Positions 53,013 through 64,000 of a stretch of 64,000 bases of DNA are shown in pieces. Position numbers and translations under genes: made by a program. Position 1 is the stretch's first letter, and every line of letters starts with the position of its first letter. The notes below the pieces were generated by a model, which saw nothing but the letters and a program-made list of their open reading frames with translations, ran no database searches and was not told the DNA's origin. Source of the DNA: the human T2T-CHM13v2.0 reference genome, Homo sapiens; the NCBI RefSeq assembly GCF_009914755.1, contig NC_060937.1. One strand, written 5' to 3'.

Positions 53013-54594
53013 ATGGCTCATTTTTCAATAAGATTGCAAGGCTCACTAGGTCAGGGCTTTGTCATAAATGTCTTTATATCTTCTGCATATTGTACATTGC
53101 CTGTTTGATACACCCAGAAAAGATTACTTACTACTTAAGATTAGTGCCATACCAGTCCGTTAATAAGGTAGTGTAAAGAGATACAAGTAACATAAAATGT
53201 AAAATATGCCTTTTATCTTTCTTGGAAAAAAATCAAACTCTACTAGCAGAGCACTAACTTCATTTCTAGGCTAAGAAGGGGCCGGAGCCATTGCACAAAT
53301 ATCAGACAAGAGTCACAAAGTAACTCGAGGGCAATATATGGTTGAAATTATCAAAAAAACCAAAGCACTTATTGGTACGTGACCATACCAATACAGTATG
53401 AAGAGAGGGTTTCTTTTTGTTCTGAAAAGCAGATTAAGCAGTTGGCCACTTTGAATTGTGTAAGAAAATAATATAATATCCTTTGTTTGTTCCTAACCTA
53501 ATCAAATGATTTCATTGCTTGAGACCAGAGTGCTATTTCTGCATGGACAGTGTTGGCATACACCTGTGGCAGATTTCAGAGTTGCAAGAAAAAGCTTGCT
53601 GAAAATCCAGCCCTGTCTTCATTGAGGCTGGAAATTACACTCTTAATAATGTTTCCTCTGTAATAAATGTTAGCTGCTGCCTACCGCACTCCTTTACAAT
53701 TCAAGGAATCTTATGTGATGTAATTTAGTTCTTGAAATCCATAGGTGCTAGTGTTGCTTGTTTACCAGATTGTCTCTACTCTGAGGGGAAAATCAAGTGT
53801 CACAGGATACATGTAGTATTGATTAATCAGAAGAGAAAGTTACAAAGAAGAGAGAGTAGTACAAGACCCTCAAGGAAAAGAAGAAATAGTCTAATAATTA
53901 AAAAACACCTAATATTAAATATTTTTTCCTTTACTCATAGAAGTAAAATGAAATATATGCATTTTCTATCTTTTATTATTCTGGAGTTTGATGAAGTCTA
54001 GAGATTGAAATTAAAAATAGTATTTAGTTCTTTCAGAATGTGTTATTATATGAAGGAAAGCAAGCCTCTTGTTATGCAGAAGAGAAGTTAATGAAAAATA
54101 AGCTGTTAAATCTTCTTAATTGTTTAGTATTGATTAATAAGCTGTAAATAATTGTGGTGGTGATATTAACTGATGCAATCACAGGACAATAAATTTATGC
54201 AGGATTTTGCAAAATACAACTCCAAGTGTGCTTTAGAAATAAAACAATGGCCTCTACATTATTTACTTTCATAGAAAACAAAATACACTCCAAACAAGTT
54301 TAATTATAAGATCAAAATTATCACTTTAATGGATAAGTTTTTTTCCTCATTAAATGATTTTAAGTATTTGTCTTAGTTTATTGAGTTACTTTATTTTGGA
54401 TCTAAATTGTAACCTATCATTTAGAGGCATTTATGTCATTTATCAGCCTAAAAGCAGAAGATATTCTCTAGCATAATGCTATATATGTCACATTTAAATT
54501 ATTTCCATATTTTTATAATCCATAATAAAATTGCTCTCATTTGAAAAGTAATACTGTATGGTGTAGCTCAAAATATTTTCCCAGAAAAAAAATT

Positions 54595-55450
54595 ATTTAT
54601 TGAATCATTCCTCCGTTTATTCCACCAATATTTATTTCATGCTTGTTGTACTACTCATGCTAAACACTATTAGGAATTCATAGTGAACAAAACAGTAGCC
54701 TAGGGAAGAAACAGACAAATGAAACAACAGAAAAGCACAATGATAATAATATGGGTCGGGTATGGTGAGACAAAAATAGGAGCATAGTTTTTTAGATTAA
54801 AAAAGTGTTTGAAAAGGCTTACCAAAAACAATGTTTGAACTGAATACCGAAAGATAAAAAATAGCCAAGAAGAGTCACAGGGAGGGTGGAGGGAAGAGTC
54901 TGGGCAAAGCCTACTTCCCATTCACCATCCACCCAATCCCCAGGGCTGGCGCATGTGACCTCATGACCCATCAGCTATGGGGGAAGGCAGAAGTAAGAAT
55001 CAATGACTTCATTCCGGGGTGGGGGTGTCTTCTGTAAGAAATACCTCTTAGAGCAAGACAAAAAGTTTTGGTTTGTAGATTTTAATTTCATATTATTTGT
55101 AAAGCATTTTTATGCAGACGCTTGTTGAATAAACAAATTGAAACTCAGGAAATCTGGCTGAAATGGAGATCTAAAGCTTGGGATTATCAACATATTCCTG
55201 GCTATAAAACCTCAGGGAGAGTTGAAATCACTGAGGCATGTACCCAGCCCCATGGAGACACCAAAAAATGTTGCACAGAGACAGAAATCACAGAAAAGGA
55301 AAGAGATGTGGTAATGGAGAAGGCATGAATCCATCCACAGTGATTTTAGGAGGTTTGGTGATTAAAGGGAGTTGAGAATTTAAGGATAGTGTGAACTGTG
55401 AACTACCTACAATCTCTAATTTTATTGGATTTGGTTTATGATGGAAGATA
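54595..55450 (-). mobile_element. L2 fragments
   Basis: ttattccaccaatatttattt...cactattaggaattcatagtgaacaaaacag; gaaactcaggaaatctggctgaaatggagat. Confidence 0.5.
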
Positions 55451-55726
55451 TAAATCATAGGAGGGCTGAGGGGAATTATTCTGTACAATAAAATGTTTTA
55501 CTATATAAGAGATGTCATCAAAGAAACAAGGGTGCACATTCTCAATTTCATGTTAAGGAATTACCTTTGATCACATAATGTTTGTACCTTTTTCTTTTTC
55601 CATGCAAATAGGAAGGAAGAAGGAGATGAGGGGTTGGGATCCAGGAAGAGAGGGCATACGTCAATGAGGGCATTTTATATATATATAAAAGACAAAGACA
55701 TCAAACTTTTTAAGAGTAAGTAGTGG

Positions 55727-55835
55727 TAGTGCTGACAGATTTAGCAAATAAAAAAATACAGGATGCCTAGTTAGATCTGAATTTCAGAAAACAATAAATA
55801 ATATTTTAGCATACATATGTCCCATGCAATATTTG
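55727..55835. mobile_element. MER53 half element
   Basis: cagatttagcaaataaaaaaatacaggatgcctagttagatctgaatttcaga...tatgtcccatgcaatatttg. Confidence 0.8.
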
Positions 55836-56179
55836 AAAGAATAGGTATTACTGAACGAGGGAAGTATTGGGAATGAGCAAACACAATAAAACCATTTTCC
55901 AATATAATTGTTCACTGTAACTTCATTTTTAGAATTGCTAAAACTAAAATTATCATACTCAGCTTTTAAAATAATACCTCACTCATTTTAATGAGATATA
56001 TAACACTCCAGAAGTTGATTTAATGTAATGGGATTTGATTTTTGTTTTAAGTGTATCTTGTACACAGAAGGTCTACTTAAAATATGCACACTCCTTATAT
56101 AATTTTACAAATGTTCAGATAGACATGGAGATTTTAAAGCTATCTGTCAATCACTTTTTAACCCCGGTCTAATTTTAAA

Positions 56180-56560
56180 TATAGTATTTTTTAAAGGTTT
56201 ACAACATGATTAACTGATATATCTATGCATAGTATAATAATTACCACAATTGGATAAATGAACATATCCTTCACTGCACATGGTTATCATTTAAGTTTAA
56301 CATTTAACACTTAAAGAGCTACTCACTTAGAAAATTTCAAGTATACAATAAAGTATTATTAACTATGGTCACCATACTCTATATTAGACCAGAATTTACT
56401 TTTTATATAACTGAAATTTTGGACCCATTGTTGAATATCCCCCCATCCCACTTCCCACCATAATCCTCAGTCCCTGGCAAGCACCATTTTACCCTATGAT
56501 TCTATTTATTGGACAATGTTAGATTCCACTTATAAGTAAGATCATACAATATTTGTCTTA
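56180..56560 (-). mobile_element. L1MA9/10-like 3' end
   Basis: aaatttcaagtatacaata...ttattaactatggtcaccat...ccctggcaagcaccatt...ttagattccacttataagtaagatcatacaatatttgtc. Confidence 0.85.
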
Positions 56561-57545
56561 AAAATTATGGTACTTTTATAACTTGTATATCTGTTGTACC
56601 TTAAATGTATGATTTCATATGTTACCTTGGTTTATTATCATAGCTACTTTAAAAAAAGGTAGATCATTATAATGATTAACATGTTATAATGGGGAAACTG
56701 AAATTTGAAGTGATTAATTGATTTACTCAGTCATTTAGATAGTAAAAGTTGTAGCCAAGATGTGAATCACAATATTGTGACTTCAAGTTCTCCAAAGAAA
56801 CACTGCCCAATAATTTTCAAGTGGAGAATATCCTGGGGACAAAGTGTCTTCATTAGAACGATCTCAAAGTGGCAGGTCTCATGACTGATGGACTGAGGAA
56901 GTCAAGACCATATTTAGATGTGACCGCAATGAGGTAGCTTTCTGGAGAGAAGAGACATCTTGCATAGTGTAAATGTTTTGTCAGATGATGAAACTGACAC
57001 TAGAGTGATACAATAAATTGCAAATAAATAACAGAACCAGGATCCAAACTCATTTTCTCTGATTGCAAATTCTATCAGCATTTCTATCAGACTCTCTTCT
57101 ACCAATGTTAAATTAAATATGCATGGATTACATTTAAGTAGTTTATAGAGACTTCAAATTGAACATACACACACATACACACAAATTTCTATGCACACGT
57201 GTAACAGAAGAGTACCAAATATTCTTGAAGAAGCACATGATAACTATGTAGAGTCATAAAAATGCTGCTCTTAAATGGTTCCAGTGAAATATGAAGATCT
57301 GGAAAAAGCTGGGAAGTGATACTTTTACTTCGCTGTCCTTGTTGCTATTAGAGTGCTGTGTTCTATCCTATGCCCCACAATGTAAGACGCTTGTGAAAGT
57401 ACACAGCACAGCAGCAAAAATCACTAAAAGACAGGAAAACAGCATCTATGAGGTTAGCCTAAGGAAAGTAACCCTGATGAAGATGCAGAATATGGAAGTT
57501 CCAATTTTAAAAGTACCCTCATTCATCTCAAGGAAAGTATGATAT

Positions 57546-58301
57546 TGATATGGACAGGAGGCAGGGAAATTCTGAGTAGAGAAGGGTGGGGTCCCTGGCG
57601 AAACCCCACGCTCAAACCTGGACCCACCGCCCAAAGTGAGAACATGTATTCCTGTTTTCCCACCTGAATGTTGACTTTTCCAAAACCACCCACCCTGCCT
57701 CCCATCCTATACCCATAAAAAACCCAGGCCCCACCGGCATAGTGGCAGAGTGGCAGAGAAGGGGAGAAGAGAAGAGGCAGCTGGACATCAGAGAGAAGCA
57801 GCTTGATTTCAGAGGAATGGCTTGTCGGTGGGACTTAGGGGAAGAGTTCGGCCAGGGACGGTCAGATCCAGGTGGAAGACCACCTTCCCGCTCCACTCCC
57901 TTTCCAGCTCTCCATCCCTCTGAGAGCCACTTTCATTGGCAATAAAATGTCCCGCATTTACCATCTTCAATTCACTCATGTGACCTGATTCTTCCTGGAT
58001 GCTGAACAAGAACTCGGGATATAGAGGGATGTCACACTGAGCTGTTAAAAACTTAACTGTCTGCGGACAGCAAAGCTAAAAGAGCTCACTGGGATATCAG
58101 GTTTTGTGGGCACCACCCTAGGTGCTGCTGCAGGGCTGGTGCAGACTTCCTTCCTGCTGGTGCCCCAAGGCACTCTCCCGGCTCCTCTACCAGCTCACCC
58201 TCGTGCCCACTCTCCTGTGAGGGGCTGAGAGCTGCAAGCTGAGTAGAGGAGACAACCTCTTCGTGAGTCCCGCGAAGGGTCAAGGGAACTATCCTGTTTC
58301 A
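57546..58301 (+). mobile_element. ERV1-class solo LTR (LTR1/LTR28-like)
   Basis: TG...CA termini (tgatatggacaggaggcagggaaat ... gggaactatcctgtttca), TATA-like cataaaa at 57714, AATAAA at 57941, perfect 4-bp TSD atat. Confidence 0.88.
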
Positions 58302-58654
58302 ATATTTTCTGCCTTTATGTTAAAATTAGAAAAACATGTTTAAATTAGCAACATGTATGCTTCCTGTAGGTAAAACATTTCACATACTGATAAAATCATA
58401 AAGCCTTTTTGTTTGTGGCATTTCATGGTGTAAATAACAACAACAAAAACGATAACCAAATGGTTGGATAAAATGTTCTGATAATGTTATTTTTGAATTT
58501 GATACCAGTAAGGTGGTGAGACACAAGGAATCGGTTTTAGCTCTCACACGTTCTCACATATTATAAAATCTTATGTGTCATTTTTTAACGTGGTATCATT
58601 TTTTAGCACAGCTATTTTAAAATGACTTTTTAGGCTCTGTTTCTTTCATGTATT

Positions 58655-58866
58655 TTTCTTTTACTTAATGGACTATTTTTTAGAGCACTTTTAGATCCAC
58701 AGCAAAACTTTAGTGAAAAGTAGCAAGATTTCCCATATAGTCCCTGCCTCCTCATACATTTGTGACAACTGATGAACCTACATTGACATATCATTATCAC
58801 CTGAAGTCCACAGTTTAAATTAGGGTTCACTCTTGGTGTTTTAAATTCTGTGGGATTTGTAAACAT
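58655..58866 (-). mobile_element. L1MC1-like 3' end
   Basis: gatgaacctacattgacatatcattatcacctgaagtccacagtttaaattagggttcactcttggtgtt. Confidence 0.85.
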
Positions 58867-59024
58867 AAAACTCCTGCATGTGCCACAGGTGAAATAAAAG
58901 CATATTTTTCTGAGACCAAGGGTCGAGTGTCAAGCCACCTCTACTATTCCTGACCCCAGAAGTAGTGACTCCCAGCACTCTAGGAAACCTTCCAACTTTG
59001 GTGCCAGTTTTGAAAAACACTCTT

Positions 59025-59250
59025 GTGGGGCAAAGTACTCTATCTGGAGTCAGATATATCTGGATATGGCATTTCTCTAGCTCTGTGACTTTGAGTCACT
59101 TTAAATTTTCATGTTTCATTTTCTGTATTTCCAAAATAGAAATCATACTCAAACCTCACAGGTTTCTGGGAAGGATTTAAATGAGGGACCATATATGCAA
59201 TATTTACCATAACACCTGGCACAAGCAGTAATTCAGTAAATCCTAGATTT
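59025..59250 (+). mobile_element. MIR
   Basis: tctggagtcaga...ctagctctgtgactttgagtcactttaa...aggatttaaatgag...cctggcacaagcagta. Confidence 0.7.
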
Positions 59251-60772
59251 CCCTAAACTTTCTAAACCTTACATTAATTGTGACTAACTTCATTAATGCT
59301 AATTCTATTTTCTCTATAGAACTATGGTGAAGGTATATGACAAAACAGCATTAACAAGTTTTAAAAAACAGAAATGAGCAAGATTTATTATTATTATTAT
59401 TATTATTATTATCAACAGAAGTCCTGAAATACCCCAAAAGGCCAACCTCAAAAACAGGTTAATTTTGATATGAGGTAGATACGCTAATAAATCTCAGATA
59501 ATTTTTTGAAAATGAGCAGAAAGCTGAAATCTGCATTATTACTTACAAAAACTATCTGTAGATCTTTAAATTTATCATCCTATCTCCTGCCTAAGTTCTT
59601 TCCATGTGAGGTTATTTCTGCATGGGAAAAATGGAGAAGACAAAAACGTTTCTATATGTCTCATGAGCATAAGTGACACCCCCAGTAAGTTAAGGAGATA
59701 CGTTTAGCCATTATCTTATGGCACATAGCACTTTGCTTAAAGTGCGTGCCTGTAAATGTGAGATGCAAATGTTTATGCCTATATATGGCTTGTTATTCTG
59801 TTATTTGACTGAATAAATTTGAATGCTATGCCACATTTTATTTATCTTATTTTCTCTAATTATTAAAAGAATTTATTTTCTTCTTTACCATCCAGTTTGT
59901 GTGAACATAACAAGAACAAAGATTTCGTGATTATAAAAAGCATTCAAATTCATGTTTGTGATGGAGTACATATCTTCTCATTATCCTTTGTGTGGATTTG
60001 CAGGATTATACAATAAATTATGTAATTTTACTTGGTCTTCAGTTAATTCTATCAGAAGCCAAGATTATAATTTACAATGCAGTGAATTAATGTTGGAGTG
60101 TTTTGTTGTGATTTTTAGCTTACCGTAAATAATCATCTCTATATTATCTTACGTTGACTTCTCATAAAAGATTAATGTAGAATTAGTGACAGCGGGATTC
60201 TCATTGAATACAAACCCCATAAAAATGTATGCTTCTCAAGCTGTAAATGGAGACTCCAAAAGGCACTTCTGATTTACATCTGTTATCTCTCATTATAAGA
60301 CTTCTAGTTCTGCTTCAAACACATACATGACGGGCACAGACACATTTGGTGTAAAAAGCAAGAAGTGTGAGAAAACGTCTTCAGTGTAATATACTGTTTA
60401 GGATAATGCGTTGATAGTTTTTTGTTAACATGAGCCATGGGAATATTGAAGCGACCATGAATCCAGGTACATTGATAATAGTGAAACAGCCTCGCATCTC
60501 AGTGTCTTCTAAAAGACACCCGCTATGTAACTTCACATGGCATGAACTGATTTGATAAGTAAAATAAAAATAACATGCAATATTGTTAGACATTTTAGCT
60601 TGGAAATGATCTAATCAACTGGTCTGCATTAATGCATTTTTGCCACAAAAGTTATAAATTATACATAATCCAGCATAACATTGAAACATTAACATAATTT
60701 AACAATACACATCTATCACTTGCTAAATAAAAAGCTGAAGCCTTCCTATCTGACAAATTTGACTTTGCTGCT

Positions 60773-60773
<1 letters not shown>

Positions 60774-60811
<38 letters not shown>

Positions 60812-61061
60812 AGACGGAGTCTCGCTCTGTCGCCCAGGCCGGACTGCGGACTGCAGTGGCGCAATCTCGGCTCACTGCAAGCTCCGCTTCCCGGGTTCAC
60901 GCCATTCTCCTGCCTCAGCCTCCTGAGTAGCTGGGACTACAGGCGCCCGCCACCGCGCCCGGCTAATTTTTTGTATTTTTAGTAGAGACGGGGTTTCACC
61001 TTGTTAGCCAGGATGGTCTCGATCTCCTGACCTCATGATCCACCCGCCTCGGCCTCCCAAA
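60774..61061 (-). mobile_element. AluYb8, 5'-truncated by about 36 nt
   Basis: Diagnostic 7-bp duplication (antisense gccggactgcggactgc), 37-nt pure poly-T, perfect TSD gactttgctgctgtttt at 60761-60777 and 61062-61078. Confidence 0.97.
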
Positions 61062-61563
61062 GACTTTGCTGCTGTTTTATATGCTAGCATAAATTTATTG
61101 TTAAAAACATTTCAATATTGTCAATTCTAATTTTTTTGTCAATTAAGTAAGGAAATACCGACTTGTTCACATCGTTTGCATATTTTACCATCAACAAAAA
61201 CCTTGTCTTACACTCTATATTGTAATAAAGTTCTGTGCCAAAATATGTCTGTCCTCAAAGTATATTATGTAAATAGAGTGAAAGATGTCGTCTGTTTTGC
61301 ACTTCCCCTGGGTTTTATACATCCTTAACTTCATAAAGTAGAGTTCTACAAAACTTTCTTTTCTATAGAATGTTGTAGGAAATGATTTACCACTTTACTA
61401 TAAGCTTGTCTGGCTGGTGGATAAAAGAAAGGAATTATTACCCTGCTTCCCACACCACACCATTACAATCTACTTGTTAAGAATGCTCCAGGGCGAGTGC
61501 CACCACCTTATGTTGTGGTGCTTTTAGACTAAGGACCATATGCGGTGCTATCCCAGGAAACAG

Positions 61564-61634
61564 CAGGGTTCAGTTACAGGGTTGTGTGTGTGTGTGAGTG
61601 TGTGTGTATGTGTGTGTGAGTGTGTGTGTGTGTG
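61564..61634. repeat. Imperfect (TG)n microsatellite
   Basis: TG run with AG/TA interruptions. Confidence 0.9.
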
Positions 61635-62281
61635 CACGCACATATCTGTTTCTCTAACAGCCCCTACATTCATGCATCATTGCCATCAGTGCTATATATT
61701 TAGTATAATTAACGTGTTTCTTGTGCACTTGTTAAGTATGCTGCATACAGAGCTGTTTATACACATCTCAAGATTCACAGCATTATAATGTAAAATGCAA
61801 CCTTTTGCATTATATAGCAGTATCACCCACAAATATGTTTGAACATCAACCAAATTTATTTTGGAAAAGATGAAAAAGATTTTACTCCACAGATACTTTT
61901 CCAGCTAAAGAGGTGCCCTTGAGGGCATGTACTTTATCTTCTCTTATAGGCAGAAGAATATGAATTGAAGGCAAGAGTGTAGACTCCACCTTGTCTACTA
62001 TGAAAATGTCCATGGTCCAGTGGCCCATAACCTATGAGGTTACACTAAACATCTCTAGTACGTTCCCGGTATATGAATTTAAATTTATTTGAACCTATAG
62101 TATGTATTCTAAAGCTATTACTCTCTGATCTCTAGGCTAATACAAAGATAAGGGGGAAGCTTACAGCAAAAGGACTGAGAATTTCTGCTTCCTCAGAATC
62201 AGAATCTTGGAAAACCATGAAGAATACTTTGGAGGTATATTCACTTTGGATTTGGAAATATCAGTATGAAATCATGACTAC

Positions 62282-62920
62282 TGTCATAGGCTGAAAATGG
62301 CTTAAAAATACATAGTCACTTCCTAAGGAATCCGTATTACATTAAATGGCTTTCGAAAAATAGAGTCATTTCCTAAGGAATGTGTGAGTATTACATTATA
62401 TGGCAAACCAGTGACTATTACCTTATATAGCAGAGGAGAGGATTATGCCGAGGATAATGAGAGCAGGCACTTATCCCAGATCACCCACAGGGACCATCGT
62501 GCTTGGATTCTTGTAAGCCCTTGCTGACCAGATGCAGAGCAATTTGGATATCAAAACGAAGGTGCAATGGATTGTAAAACTATTGAAATATACATACGTT
62601 TAAGTCCATACTGATTACAGATAAAAAGAAAGACAGAAAGACAGACATGAGAGAGAACTAGGGGAAATTCTGACATTCAGCCACACAGGGAGGAACAGAC
62701 CACATGAAGGTGGAGGCACCAATTGGAGTGATGCTGCCACAAGCCGAGGAATGTCGGCAGCCACCAAAAGCAAGAAGAAGCAAGATGGGTAGCAGCCTAT
62801 CAGCTCTGGAGGAAGTGGGGCCCTGCTGACACCTGGACTTGTGACTTCTGGCTTCTAGAACTATGAGAAAATAAATTTTGTTTGTTTTAAGACAGTTTGT
62901 CATAATTTATTACAGTAGCA
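62282..62920 (+). mobile_element. MLT1D-like MaLR LTR, rearranged
   Basis: tgaaggtggaggcaccaattggagtgatgctgccacaagccgaggaatg...gccctgctgacacct...gacttctggcttctagaactatgagaaaataaatt. Confidence 0.85.
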
Positions 62921-63180
62921 TCCTTCAGTGTGGCATCCAGTTGAATGGAATATAGAATAATAGATATCTATGGAATATAGGAAATAGATATCTCTATTCC
63001 TATGCAATGTGTGTGTATATATGTGTGTATGTATGTGTACATATGTGTGTGTGTGTTTATGATTGTGTTAATTTCCTGTGGCTACTGTATTTTCTTCTGG
63101 TACAGAGATGACGTCTTTCACACAAGAGTTTGTATCTCTTGTTTTGGGGAAGAAATGGGGGGATGAGATTGCTCTTCTTG

Positions 63181-63660
63181 TATCATCTATCTATCTATTT
63201 ATCTTCTTATGCTGTGTGTGTATGTATGTATAGATATTTATTCCTATTTTATGTGTGTGTTTATGTATGTATATCTATATATCATTATCTATCTATCTAT
63301 CTATCATCTATCTATCTATCTATCTATCTATCTTCCTATGCTGTGTATGTGCATATATATATGGATATATATTCCTATCTTATGTGTGTGTATGTATGTA
63401 TATCTATAGATCATATCTATCTATCTATCTTCTTATGCTGTGTATGTGAGTATATATATATGGATATATATTCCTATCTTATGTGTGTATATGTATGTAT
63501 GTATATCTATAGATCATATCTATCTTCTTATGCTGTGTGTGTGTATATATATAGATATATATTCCTATATTATGTGTATGTATATATGTATGTGTATCTA
63601 TAGATCATATCTATCTATCTATCTATCTATCTGTCTATCTATCTATCTATATTATATATA
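63181..63660. repeat. Compound VNTR: four ~95-130-bp units with embedded (TATC)n
   Basis: Anchor tcttc(t/c)tatgctgtgt recurs at 63202, 63331, 63428 and 63523, each followed by tattcctat..tatgtgt. Confidence 0.92.
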
Positions 63661-64000
63661 TGAACTCCTAGCTCAGATCAGGGAAAGGACCTGGAAGAAA
63701 AACTGTCCCTGTAGCAAGGCACATAACAACCAGGTATGCAAAGCTTGACTTCTAACATGATTCCTCCCATGGAGAATCTGGTCTCTTTGAAGAAACATCC
63801 AATCCCAAGACTAAAACTGGGATGGCACAGAAAACACTTGGGATGTCAGGATATCTTTCTGTGGAAGGAAATAAGGAAGTGCAAAAAAAATAGACAGGTA
63901 AAGGTAAAAAATAAAGCAAGAGCCAATTTGAAGGAGTCCACGCTGACCAGATGTAGAACAATTTGGGCATCAAAATAAAGGTTCAATGGATTGTAAAACC

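Larger units (their letters stand above)
62170..64000 (+). mobile_element. L1MC3/L1MD-like 3' region, interrupted by MLT1D and a VNTR; runs off the window
   Basis: ttggaaatatcagtatgaaatcatga (~62252); tcctagctc...gaaaggacctggaag (~63666); gaaataaggaagtgc...agccaatttgaaggag...acaatttgggcatcaaaataaa. Confidence 0.7.

Noticed and set aside
63130-63748. 157-aa and overlapping ORFs; repeat array superficially resembling CRISPR
   Set aside because: Low-complexity YLSI/CVY translations of a VNTR; the spacers are themselves repeats, there are no cas genes, and the DNA is human.

Overview
This is AT-rich, CpG-poor, repeat-dense human genomic DNA, either intergenic or a large intron. An AluYb8 at 60774-61061 indicates human origin. 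There is no recognisable protein-coding gene, intact RNA gene, CpG island or CRISPR array; the supplied ORFs are short and mostly read through Alu, L1, LTR or simple repeats. The window holds Alus (J, S, Y, Yb8), old L1M fragments, L2/MIR, MaLR and ERVL LTRs, a two-LTR THE1D element nested in the protease of a decayed ERVL provirus, an ERV1 solo LTR, DNA-transposon fossils (MADE1, MER30, MER53, MER63) and microsatellites. I found no support for a new biological system. The most notable observations are mechanistic scars: a 5'-inverted (twin-primed) Alu, a tailless 5S rRNA retrocopy, and several local templated insertions or inversions. There are also two candidate + strand exons. Repeat subfamily names come from my recall of consensus sequences, not from a search, and boundaries of old repeats are approximate.
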